This document shows, one piece after another, positions 10,207 through 20,349 of a DNA stretch of 64,000 nucleotides. The notes beneath the pieces were generated by a model. The model had not been told where the DNA came from, did not search any database, and saw only the letters and a list, made by a program, of their open reading frames with translations. The position numbers and the translations under genes are program-made. Location of the stretch: contig JASLXV010000067.1 of the NCBI GenBank assembly GCA_030740155.1, positions 1-64,000 of the forward strand, read 5' to 3'. The stretch is from Dehalococcoidia bacterium. GTDB taxonomy: Bacteria > Chloroflexota > Dehalococcoidia > Lucifugimonadales > UBA3495. Numbering within the stretch: position 1 is the first letter of the stretch; each line of letters starts with the position of its first letter.

Positions 10207-11049
10207 ATGAAACTACGGAAAACTCTTGCGGGCCTCTGCGTGCTCACGGTCTTGATACTGGCTTGCGGTGGGGGGGCGACCGCGACCCCTAGTCCGACTG
10301 CTATTCCCGATCCTTTATCCAGTCCTACTCCGGAGCCAACGTCGAAGCCTTTACCTCCTACTCCTACCCCCACCCCCTCTCCGCCCGCCGAGGCTCAAGC
10401 GCATTCGGACGCGGGGATGGAACTTCGGGAGGAGGGGAAACTCGGGGAGGCCATCGCCGAATACGACCAGGCGATCGCACTGTTTCCCGAATATACCGAA
10501 GCTTACAACAATCGGGGCGCGGCCTATTTCTACATGGGTGATCTCGACCGGGCGGTGCTGGATTATAACCAGGCCATCGTTCTCGATGATGAATATGTCG
10601 AAGCCTACAACAACAGGGGCACGGCTTATCTGCAGCTAGGTGAGACCGACCGGGCCATCGAAGATTATAATCAAGCCGTTCTTTTCGACGTGGATTATGG
10701 CGACGCCTACAACAACCGCGGCGCGGCGTATTATCGGATTGGGCAGTTTGAGCGTGCCATCAGAGATTTCGGTGATGCGATCTTCTTGGACTCCGAAGAT
10801 GCCGGCGCCCACTTCAACCGTGGCTCGGCTCAGGTAGAGTTGGGCGAGATTGATCTCGGTCTGGCAGATTTCACCGAAGCCATTAGCCTGGAAGAGGAAT
10901 ACGCCGATGCCTACGCCAGCAGAGGCCTGGCCTTTACCAGGCTGGGTAGAGACGCCGAAGCCGGGCAGGACCTGACCCGGGCGGCCGAGCTGGGTTTGGA
11001 CCGGGAACTGCTGGAACGCCTGGCCGAAGAGCTGAGGCAACAACGGTAA
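10207..11049 (+). CDS. Lipoprotein with Pro/Thr linker and about 6 TPR repeats
   Basis: Signal peptide with LILAC lipobox, PT-rich linker, repeated AYNNRG.AY...G....AI.DY..A. Confidence 0.9.
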   Translation: MKLRKTLAGLCVLTVLILACGGGATATPSPTAIPDPLSSPTPEPTSKPLPPTPTPTPSPPAEAQAHSDAGMELREEGKLGEAIAEYDQAIALFPEYTEAYNNRGAAYFYMGDLDRAVLDYNQAIVLDDEYVEAYNNRGTAYLQLGETDRAIEDYNQAVLFDVDYGDAYNNRGAAYYRIGQFERAIRDFGDAIFLDSEDAGAHFNRGSAQVELGEIDLGLADFTEAISLEEEYADAYASRGLAFTRLGRDAEAGQDLTRAAELGLDRELLERLAEELRQQR

Positions 11050-11205
11050 CCCGGGCCGCCTTTTCTGCTTCCTAACCAGGGAAGACCGAAGGGGGCGCGG
11101 CGTTCGCCGGGGGTGGACGCCGACGGACGCCGCGAATAATGAGCGCTCATTAGGTGAGGGGCTTGGCCCCTCACATTGCTTTTAGGCCAGTAGGTGGACG
11201 GAGGG

Positions 11206-12024
11206 TCAAGTTTTAAGGTCCAGGAACTCCCGCACCCGCTGTACGCACCATTCCGGGTGGATGGCGTTGATACCGTGGCCGAACCCTGGGTAGACTTCCA
11301 GGCGGCAGTTGGGTAGCTGTTCCGCCATAAAACGCTGTTGCTCCAAGGTGGAAGTGGGGGACTCCTCCCCTACCAGCAGTAGGACCGGGGCGGCGACCTC
11401 TTTCAGGTGCGGGCTGAAGTCGAGGGTGTCCAGATGGGCCTGGAGCTTCAAGCCGATGACCGGAGAGGTTCGATCCATCTCGGCGATGTACCAGTCCACC
11501 AGGCCCTGGGGCGCAACCCTCGTGTCCAGCCGCATGTCGATGGTCGAGGTGGACCAAGCTCCGATGCCCCGGCGCATCGTCTCGTCCCAGTCGCCGCCCG
11601 CCGAGAAGCGGCGGCGCAGGTAGGCGTGGGGCAGGCGGCAGGGCGTGTTGCACAGGACCAGCGCCCGGACCCGGTCCGGGTAAGCGTGGGCGAATTTCAA
11701 ACCGATGATGCCGCCGAACGACTCCCCCACGAACACCACCCTTTCGATCCCGGCCTGGTCCAGGATACGCCGGACGTCATCGGCAAAGGTGTCCAGCGAC
11801 GGCTCGTACTTGGCATCGTCCATGGCGGACCGGCCCATGCCCCGCATATCCGGGCGGAGAAGCTTAACCTCCCGGGCCAGCAACGGCACCCAGTTGTACC
11901 AGAAACGCCCGTTCCGGGAGAAGCCGTGTTGAAGCAGCATGGCGGGAGCGGAGCGCCACGGGTCGGTGAAGTCGTCCTCGTAGTAATGTAGTTCCACGTC
12001 GGGGCCAGCGGGAACAGTTAGCAT
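11206..12024 (-). CDS. Alpha/beta hydrolase
   Basis: HGFS, PDMRGMGRS, GESFGG nucleophile elbow, C-terminal GHG. Confidence 0.9.
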   Translation of the reverse strand: MLTVPAGPDVELHYYEDDFTDPWRSAPAMLLQHGFSRNGRFWYNWVPLLAREVKLLRPDMRGMGRSAMDDAKYEPSLDTFADDVRRILDQAGIERVVFVGESFGGIIGLKFAHAYPDRVRALVLCNTPCRLPHAYLRRRFSAGGDWDETMRRGIGAWSTSTIDMRLDTRVAPQGLVDWYIAEMDRTSPVIGLKLQAHLDTLDFSPHLKEVAAPVLLLVGEESPTSTLEQQRFMAEQLPNCRLEVYPGFGHGINAIHPEWCVQRVREFLDLKT

Positions 12025-12102
12025 GGGATCCACCCTCCCGTTGAGATCGAAGGCTTGAGCACCAGCGTACTGAGGAGCCGGGTTTTCCAGGCACCGGCAC
12101 GC

Positions 12103-13524
12103 CTATGCCGCCGGTGCCGTCCTCTCATGCCATGGGGTTGCCTGTTCGTAGGCTCGGGCGGCCCGGAGTAGGGTCTCTTCGGCGAAGGGACGGGCCCCCA
12201 ACTGGAGCCCAATGGGCAGGTTGTCCGAGGTGAAGCCGCCGGGAATAGAGATGGCGGGCATCGCCGTGAGGGCGTAACACCCGGTGTAGGAGCGCCGGAA
12301 GAAGAACCGGGCCCGGACGTCCTCGGCATCTTGGAACGGGGCGCTGAGGACGGTATGCTTGGGCGCCGGGTACGGTGAGGTGGGGCACACCAGCACATCC
12401 ACCTGCTCCAGGGCCTCCATGAACTGGCGTCGCAGCAGCACTCGGGCCCTGGCGGCCCGGTTGTACACCTTGGCGGGCATCAGAGCCGCCGCTTGCAGCC
12501 GGGTCCTGGTGGCCCGGTCCAGCTCGCCGGGCCGGTCTCTCAGTATGTCGTCGCGAGCCCCGGCGCCTTCGGTATCCGCGATGCCAACGAAGATGGACCC
12601 CGCCCATGGGACCATGGGAATCGACACCTCCCGTACCTGGGCTCCCAGGTCCCGGAAAACCTCCATCGACTTCTCAACGGCTTGCTTCACCTCGGGGTGC
12701 ATGTCCTCGCTCTCGTGCAACTCGCGGATCAGGCCAATCCGCAGGTCCCGGACCCCGGCATCGAGGTTGGCGGTATAGTTGGGGACCGGCCTTCGGCTGG
12801 TGTAGGGGTCTTTGGGGTCAAACCCCGCGATCGCGCCGAGCACCAAGGCGCAGTCTTCAACTGTCTTGGCCATCGGAGCGGCGGAGTCCAAGAACCAGCA
12901 CATTGGAGTCATACCGAAACGGCTCACCCGGGTGAAAGTGGGCCGCAGCCCCACGACGCCGCAATAGGCTGCCGGGCCCCGGCCGGAGCCGCCGGTGTCC
13001 TCGCCCACCGAGGCGGCGCACAGGTGGGCCGCCAGCGCCACCCCGGAACCGCTGCTGGACTCACCCGGCGTCCTCTCCAGGTCCCAGGGGTTTGCCGGGA
13101 TGCCCCACGGTGGCCGTTCGGTGCCTCCCATGGCCAGTTCACTGAGGTTCAGCTTGCCCAACAGGATTGCACCGGCCTCTTTGATTTTGGCGATGACCGT
13201 GCCGTCGTGGTCGGGTACGAAGTCGCGATAGACCAGGGAGCCGTTGGTGGTGAGGATATCCTTGGTCCAGAACTGGTCCTTTACCGCCATGGGAACGCCG
13301 AACAGGGGCCCAAGGGCGTCGCCCCGCGCTTGAGCCCGTTCCGCCTGGCGGGCGGCCTCCAGGGCTTCCTCTCGGCATACCGTGATGTACGCGGCCAGCC
13401 TTGAATCCAACCGGTCGATGCGCTCCAGGTAGGCTTGAACTGCCTCGACGGGTGAGACCTGCTTGGACCGGATGGCCGAGGCAGTCTCGGCCGCCGAGAG
13501 CATGGCGATCTCCTGACCGGTCAT
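12103..13524 (-). CDS. Amidase-signature family enzyme (GatA/AtzE-like)
   Basis: GVPMAVKD, PGESSSGSG, GEDTGGSGRGPAAYCGVVGLRPT, LPIGLQL. Confidence 0.92.
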   Translation of the reverse strand: MTGQEIAMLSAAETASAIRSKQVSPVEAVQAYLERIDRLDSRLAAYITVCREEALEAARQAERAQARGDALGPLFGVPMAVKDQFWTKDILTTNGSLVYRDFVPDHDGTVIAKIKEAGAILLGKLNLSELAMGGTERPPWGIPANPWDLERTPGESSSGSGVALAAHLCAASVGEDTGGSGRGPAAYCGVVGLRPTFTRVSRFGMTPMCWFLDSAAPMAKTVEDCALVLGAIAGFDPKDPYTSRRPVPNYTANLDAGVRDLRIGLIRELHESEDMHPEVKQAVEKSMEVFRDLGAQVREVSIPMVPWAGSIFVGIADTEGAGARDDILRDRPGELDRATRTRLQAAALMPAKVYNRAARARVLLRRQFMEALEQVDVLVCPTSPYPAPKHTVLSAPFQDAEDVRARFFFRRSYTGCYALTAMPAISIPGGFTSDNLPIGLQLGARPFAEETLLRAARAYEQATPWHERTAPAA

Positions 13525-13573
13525 CCTTTCTCCTCTTGGGGTGCGTTCTGCTCTCGAGTTGTCTGGGGCGGAT

Positions 13574-13594
13574 GGTTAATCACGGTGATTAACC
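13574..13594. promoter_or_regulatory. Perfect palindrome upstream of the amidase, candidate operator
   Basis: GGTTAATCAC-G-GTGATTAACC, 50 bp upstream of the amidase start. Confidence 0.45.
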
Positions 13595-13693
13595 GATTCG
13601 GCTCTACCCGGCTTGCCCTACCCGGTTTTATGGAAACACCGGACCCGGCCGGCGTCATCTCGGAGGTTTCGGCGCCGGCGGTCCCGCACCTGC

Positions 13694-13876
13694 CTACGGC
13701 TCCTCGGGAAATATGGCCACCGGCTGAATGCCGGATAGATCCAGCTCTTTGAGCTGCTCCAGCTCCTGCATCAGGCTGCCGAACCGGCTGGCCACCTCCG
13801 ACACCTCTTCTTCCGCGATGGTGATCCCGGCCAGCCGCGCCAACTCCCGGACCCGGTCCTCATCGGACAATGCCAT
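13694..13876 (-). CDS. Small GatC/AtzG-like amidase partner protein (60 aa)
   Basis: MALSDEDRVRELARLAGITIAEEEV..LMQELEQLKELDLSGIQP resembles GatC. GGAGG RBS present. Confidence 0.8.
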   Translation of the reverse strand: MALSDEDRVRELARLAGITIAEEEVSEVASRFGSLMQELEQLKELDLSGIQPVAIFPEEP

Positions 13877-14218
13877 GGCGTCCTCCCCTCGGTTTGCCCG
13901 GACCTCAATATACCCTTGGCCCAACCACGTGTCCAGCCGCATACCGGCCGCAACACCCGCGGGCGAATTCCGGTGGCGATGCTGTTCGTCTATCTGAGCC
14001 AGGCAAGCAGCAATCGATCCCCGCGAGCACCGCCGGCGGCCTCGGGCCGAACGCTTCACACACTTGGACGGGTGATGCTATACTCGCCCACATCAGTGCT
14101 CAGCCGGGTGCCCGGAAACCTTCGAGCCGCCTCGTGTGGCTCCCAGGCGCCGTTTGCGGTTGGTTGAAGCCGCGGAGAATCCAAACTCTTGGGGCATTGA
14201 AGGAAGAGGAAATCTTCG

Positions 14219-17200
14219 ATGCTCTGCCCGTCCTGCGGCCAGGAAAACCCTGAAGACTCGAAGTTCTGCGGCCAATGCGGCAGTTCCCTTGCCGCGGAGC
14301 ATCCGTGTCCCACCTGCGGCCACCTCAATCCCCCGGACCTGCGATTTTGCCGAGGCTGCGGCACCTCCTGGGGTGCGGCTGACAAACCGGTTTCTTTTCC
14401 CGGCACTGAGCGCAGTGGGAAGGGCGCCATCCATCCCACATCCTTCGCCAACGGGCGCTACCAGGTCCGAGATTTTCTCGGTGAGGGTGGCAAGAAGAAA
14501 GTGTACCGGGCCCACGACGGCATCCTGGACCGCGATGTGGCCCTGGCGGTCATCAAGGCCGAAGGTTTGGATGAGACATCCAGGGCCCGCGTTATCAGGG
14601 AAGCCCAGGCAATGGGCCGTTTGGGCGACCACCCGAACATCCTCCAGATCCACGACCTGGGTGAAGAACAGGGCCAACCCTACCTGATCTTGCCGTTGAT
14701 GCCGGGTGGTGCTGTCGACGGGCTTATTGGGGACGCTCCCGATCACCGCATCGGCCTGGAGCGGGCGCTGTCCATCGCCAAAGGACTGTGCGGCGGCCTG
14801 GGGTTTGCCCATTCCCGGGGAGTCGTCCATCGGGACCTGAAGCCGGGGAACATTTGGCTGACGGCAGACGGTACCGCCAAGATCGGCGATTTCGGCCTGG
14901 CGGTGGTGCTGGACTACTCCCGCATCACCACTGAGGGCATGATGGTGGGCACGGTGGCGTACATGCCGCCGGAGCAGGCCATGGGCGGCGAAGTGACCCC
15001 GCAGTCCGACCTGTACTCGCTGGGGGCCATGCTGTACGAGATGATTACCGGGAGGCCGCCGTTCCTTGGAGATGATCCGGTGGCCATCATTGGCCAGCAC
15101 ATCAACACGCCCCCGGTGGCCCCCACTTGGCATAATGGACAATGCCCGCGTCCCTTTGAAGCGTTGATTCTCCGGCTCTTGGCCAAAGACCCATCGGACC
15201 GGCCGGGGTCGGCCGCTGACGTGCTCGCAGCCCTGGAGGGGATTGATCTGGGGGCAGATGTAGGGGCCACAGTATGCGGCGCCCCTACAAGATGACACCC
15301 ACGCTCTGGACCGCCTGGCCGGGGGCGTTTTCGTGGGACGGCAGCAGGAGATGGGTGAGCTGAAGGCGGCCCTGGAAGACGCGTTGTCGGGCCGGGGGCG
15401 GCTGGTGATGCTGGTGGGGGAGCCGGGCATCGGCAAGACCGCACGGCCCAGGAGCTGGCCACCAATGCTGGACTGCGCGGCGCCCAGGTGCTGTGGGGCC
15501 GCTGCTACGAGGAGGCGGGAACGCCTCCCTACTGGCCCTGAGTGCAGGCGATTCGGTCCTACGTCCGGGACCGGGATCCGGAGCAGGTGCGGTCGGTGAT
15601 GGGGTCTGGGGCAGCCAACATCGCCGAGATAGTTTCAGACGTAAGTGAGCGGCTGCCGGGCTTGGGGAGGCCACCAGCCCTGGAGCCGGACCAGGGACGG
15701 TTTCGCTTGTTCGACTCCATTGCGGCTTTCTTGAAGACCGCGAGCCAGCGGCAGCCATTGGTCCTGATGCTGGACGACCTGCATTGGGCCGACAAGCCCT
15801 CTTTGCTATTGCTGGAGTTCCTGGCTCGTGAATTGGCTGGAGCCCGGCTGCTGGTGATCGGCACCTACCGGGACATGGAGCTTAATCGCCAGCACCCGCT
15901 GGCTGAGACCCTGGGCGGGCTGAACCGGGAGCGGCTATTCCAACGAGTGCTGCTGCGGGGCTTGGCTCAGCAGGATGTGGGGCGCTTTATCGAGATAGCT
16001 GCCGGGATCACGCCTCCCGGAGGCTTGGTGGAGGCGGTGCACGCCCACACCGAGGGCAACCCCTTGTTCGTGACCGAGGTGGTCCGGCTGTTGGTCCAGG
16101 AAGGAGAGCTTACGCCGGAGCGGTTGGGCAAGAGGGGGTCGTGGCGCTTTCGGATACCCGAAGGGGTGCGGGAGGTGATCGGGCGGCGGCTCAACCGGCT
16201 ATCCCAAAGGTGCAACGAGACTCTGACCATTGCCTCGGTTATCGGCCGGCAGTTCGAATTCAGGCAGCTGGCGCCCCTGGTCGAGGATATGTCTGACGAC
16301 CGCCTTTTGGGAGTGCTGGAGGAGGCGCTGGGGGCGCGAGTGATTGAGGAGCCTCCCCAGACCGTCGGCCGCTACCAGTTCACCCACGCCCTGGTCCAGG
16401 ATACTCTGGCCCAAGAGTTGTCCACCACCCGGCGGGTGCGGCTCCACGCCCGCATTGCCCAAGCCCTGGAGGAGCTGTACGGCGAGGATGCGGGGGTCCA
16501 CGCTGGGGAGTTGGCCCGGCACTTTGCCGAGGCCCAGACGGTGCTGGGCACTGAAAAGCTGGTGCGATACTCCCTGCTGGCCGGGGAGCGCGCGTTGGCT
16601 GCCTTTGCCTACGAGAGGGCGCTGGGGCACTTCCAGCGGGCGCTGGCCGCCAAGGAAGGGCAGCCTGTTGACGCCGAGACGGCGGCACTGCTGGTTGGTC
16701 TCGGCCGTTCCCAGATGGCGCTTCTGGACGATGAAGCATACTCCACCCTCCGCCGGGCTTTGGACTACTATGCTGATTCCGGAGACTTGGAACAGGTAGT
16801 GGCCATCGCGGAGTTCCCGGACTATGGGGCAGCGAGGCGTATCGGACTGGGGCAACTCGTCGCTCGGGCTCTACCTCTCGTCCCGGCGGATTCGTTGCAG
16901 TCAGGCCGGCTGCTGTCACGCTATGGGCAATTCATCGGCTTGCAAGATGCCGCCTTCGACGAAGCCCTTGACGCACTGAACCAGGCCATCGTCATCTCAC
17001 GACGTGAAGGAGATGAGGCCCTGGAGTTGCAAAGTTTGGTAGCGCTCGCTTCCGTGTACTCCAATCACATGCGATATGACGAAGCCCTGGATAGCGGCCT
17101 CCAGGCGATCGAGTTGACCAAGCGTGTACCCGATCCCCGTTCGGAGGTGTCTGCCCTTTACTTCGTGGTAACCTGCCTGATCGAAAAAGGTGAGTTGGAG

Positions 17201-18623
17201 GCGGCCAAGCGCCATGCGTCGGAGATGCTGCCGCCGGCAGAACAGTTGCGTGACCGGTTCTGGCTGGAGGGCGCTTTTGGGAAGAACGCGATGACGTTGC
17301 GTCTCGCCGGAGAGTGGGAGATGGCGCGGTCGTTTAGCCAACGCACTTTGGAGATAGGGTCACGTCCTTTCCATTCGTGGGTTGAACTAGCTCTGATTGA
17401 ACACGAAACAGGGGACCATCATCAGGGCAACCTCCACTTGGATTTGCTGTCAAAGGCTTCTGATGAAGCGAGAGAATCCGCATTCATGAATACATCCGTT
17501 TCCGGCCGTATGGCGTTGATAGCGCCATTAGTCGGCAGGATTACCGGGGTAGTGGGTCATTTAGAGTCCGCCAAGAATGCTGCTGAGCGTGTTCTGGGAT
17601 ATGCCCAGGCCACTCCACTCGCAGCCGGGTACTCTAACGCTGGTCTGGCCATGATAGCGGTTCTATCGGGTGACGCCGATTTGGCCGGGAAGCAATACGC
17701 CGCGATCAAACCATGGCGGCACACATTCTCGCTTTTCGTGATTTCCGCTGACCGTCTCTTGGGCCTGTTGGCTCAGATCATGGGGAAGCTCGATCAGGCG
17801 ATCATCCACTTCGACGACGCCTTGATCTTCTGCCGTAAAGGGGGTTACCGGCCCGAGCTGGCCTGGACCTGCTGTGACTATGCCGACGTGCTAAGAGTCC
17901 GCGATACGGAGGGTGACCGCGCCAAAGCCATCGCTCTGCTAGACGAGTCCCTGGCCATCTCCAGCAACCTGGGCATGCGGCCCTTGATGGAACGAGTCCT
18001 GGCTCGCAAGCTGGAGCTACAAGGTGTAGCATCGGTGGACATCAGGACTTCCATTGACGCGGTGGCCTTAGCAGTATCCATAGAACGACCCGACCTGCGC
18101 CACCATTCGGCCCCTGACGGCACCGTCACCATCCTGTTCAGCGATATTGAAGGCTTCACCCCCCATGACCGAGCGGCTGGGAGATCAGCGGGCGCAACAG
18201 GTGCTGCGGGAGCACAACGCCATCGTCCGGCACCAGGTGGCGGCCCACCGGGGGTTCGAGGCGAAGTCCCTGGGCGACGGCTTCATGCTGGCTTTCTCAT
18301 CAGCCCGCCGTGCTTTGCAATGCTCAATCGCCATCCAGCAGGCCTTTGCCGCCCACAATCGAGAGCACCCGGATGGGCTCGTGATGGTCCGCATTGGAAT
18401 GCACACCGGGGAGTTCGTCCGGGAAATGGAGGACTTCTTTGGCAAGAACGTAATCCTGGCGTCGCGCATCGCGGACCAGGCCCGAGGCGGGGAGATCCTG
18501 GTGTCGGCGCTGCTCAAAGAACTGACGGAGAGTGCCGGAGACATCCGGTTCGGGCAAGAACGGGAGGTCGAGCTGAAGGGACTGGCCGGGGTGAACCGGG
18601 TGCACGCGGTGGACTGGAACTAG
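14219..18623 (+). pseudogene. Disrupted double zinc ribbon - Ser/Thr kinase - STAND ATPase - TPR - class III adenylate/guanylate cyclase gene
   Basis: CPSC..CGQC/CPTC..CRGC; HRDLKPGN, DFG, YMPPE; Walker A GEPGIGKT, Walker B LDDLHWAD, TEGNPLF; cyclase ILFSDIEGF, KSLGDGFM, RIGMHTG, FGKNVILASRI. Lesions: +1 near 15267, -1 near 15440, TGA at 15539-15541, +1 in the C6 run at 18159-18164. Confidence 0.88.
15259..15289. repeat. GTAG-type REP-like palindrome inside the kinase-ATPase linker
   Basis: TGTAGGGGC-CACAGTATGCGGC-GCCCCTACA. Confidence 0.7.
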
Positions 18624-18863
18624 TCCGGGCTCATCGAAATGCCCTTCAACCTGGATTGGCCAGGCGAGACAGTCTGTTTTCGTCCATCGCGGACAGGCGC
18701 AATGATCGCCCAATTTCGTACCAGTCTATAATGTATTGTGTAACGTTGAGTCGAAGCGGCCAGACTGCCGGTCCGCGCGGTACCGCGCCCTGGGGCCGGG
18801 GCCTGGGGCTGGCCCAACCCGGATTGTATCGCAATTGAAACTGTCGAAGTTCACTAACTGTCC

Positions 18864-20288
18864 TTGAAGAATCACCTTGCATCGGGAGTGGCAGTTGGCC
18901 GGCCGGCGGTCATCGCAGGTATTGTAGGATTCCTGGCCGCCGGGGTGCTGGCGTGCTCCGGCGGTGCAGTCCCGGCCACGCCCACTTCCGCCCCTGCTCC
19001 TACCTCTGTCTTCAACCCTACTCCAGCCCCCACTGTTATCCCCACGTCTACTCCCAAACCCACCGATGCGCCCACTCCCACCTTCACTTCGGTCCCCACG
19101 CCCGGCCGGCGAGTGGATTCGACTCCCCCCGTCCCCGGCCTTACCGATCTCGCCTTCGGTTACCTTACCGAGCTTGCAGAGGGCCTGGGACCGAGGGAGA
19201 GCGCCACCGGCCAGGAACGGGCGGCGGCGGAATACCTGGCGACTCAACTGGAGGGCTTTGGCTACGCCGTTGAGTTACAGCCCTTCGCCGTGAAGAGCCT
19301 GTCCGCGGAAGTGTCTGGCGTGGCTCTGGACGGGCCGGTTCTCGAACCGCTCAATTCCCTCCCGCTGGTGAAATCCGGCACGGCCGACGCTTCAGGGGTC
19401 CTGGTGCCCGTGGGCCGGGCTTTGGATGGGGATATTCCCGAGGGAGGACTGGAGGGCAAGATCGCCTTGGCCGAGCGGGGCCTCATATCCTTCGAGGCCA
19501 AGGTCAACCGGGCCGCGGCGGCCGGCGCCATCGCGGTTGTCATCTATAACGACCGGCCCGGAAATTTCCAGGGAGTCCTCGTCGGTCCGCACACCATTCC
19601 CGTTCTGTCGATCACTCGGATCGACGGGAGGCGGCTCGAAGAGCTGGCATCTGGCGGAACGGTGGAGTTGCGTGTGTCGGTCAAGCTGGACCAGCGGCTG
19701 TCGCACAACGTGATTGCGGAGCAGCAAAGGTCGGGCGACGGAGTGGTGATTCTGGGCGCCCACTACGATACGGTGCCCAACCTGTCCGGCGCCGGTGACA
19801 ACGGCTCCGGGACCGCGGTGCTCCTCGCCGTCGCCGGGGAGCTTTCGCGGCAGTCGTTGCCGTTCACCCTTCGTTTCATAGCCTTTGGGTCCGAGGAGTT
19901 GGGGTTGCTGGGAAGCCGGCACTACGTGGACTCGATGTCCCCCGAGGACCGGCGCCGGGTCAGGGCCATGCTGAACTTCGACGCTCTCGGCAATGGCGAC
20001 GGTGTGGGGATATTGGGCAACGAAGCACTAACGGGCCTGGCGGCGCAGTTGGGAACCACGTTGGGTATCGACCTGGAGATCAGTTCCGGCCTTCAAGGAG
20101 GGGGCAGTGATCACATGAGTTTTGCCGGCGCGGGCATACCAGTGGTAATGTTCTTCGGCCGGGACTTTTCCCTGATTCACACCCCCGGAGACACGCTGGA
20201 GTCCGTCACTCCTCACCTTCTGGGCGATGCGGCAGGCGTGGCGCTGGCCCTTCTGGAATCACCGGACTTTCAGACGATTCTCAATTAG
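18864..20288 (+). CDS. M28 metallopeptidase with PA domain, probable lipoprotein (start uncertain)
   Basis: VLAC lipobox and PT linker, GKIALAERG..F..K, GAHYDT, GAGDNGSG, SEELGLLGS, NFD, SDH, IHTPGD. Confidence 0.9.
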   Translation: MKNHLASGVAVGRPAVIAGIVGFLAAGVLACSGGAVPATPTSAPAPTSVFNPTPAPTVIPTSTPKPTDAPTPTFTSVPTPGRRVDSTPPVPGLTDLAFGYLTELAEGLGPRESATGQERAAAEYLATQLEGFGYAVELQPFAVKSLSAEVSGVALDGPVLEPLNSLPLVKSGTADASGVLVPVGRALDGDIPEGGLEGKIALAERGLISFEAKVNRAAAAGAIAVVIYNDRPGNFQGVLVGPHTIPVLSITRIDGRRLEELASGGTVELRVSVKLDQRLSHNVIAEQQRSGDGVVILGAHYDTVPNLSGAGDNGSGTAVLLAVAGELSRQSLPFTLRFIAFGSEELGLLGSRHYVDSMSPEDRRRVRAMLNFDALGNGDGVGILGNEALTGLAAQLGTTLGIDLEISSGLQGGGSDHMSFAGAGIPVVMFFGRDFSLIHTPGDTLESVTPHLLGDAAGVALALLESPDFQTILN

Positions 20289-20349
20289 CGGCCGGAGTTG
20301 GTATACTCGAAGTAGCTCCTATGGACTACGGACTGTTTGCGGACTCAAT

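Noticed and set aside
12103..13876. Calling these genes gatA and gatC
   Set aside because: There is no gatB, the amidase signature is divergent, the small protein is only 60 aa, and the neighbour is a hydrolase.
15539..15541. In-frame TGA as selenocysteine or Trp recoding
   Set aside because: TGA is a normal stop for many genes here, the position looks like a Trp site, and the same gene has three frameshifts.
18165..18838. C-terminal 220 aa of the 1098-aa ORF (15542-18838) as real protein
   Set aside because: It is out-of-frame read-through past the C6 frameshift; the cyclase motifs continue in the other frame and end at 18623.
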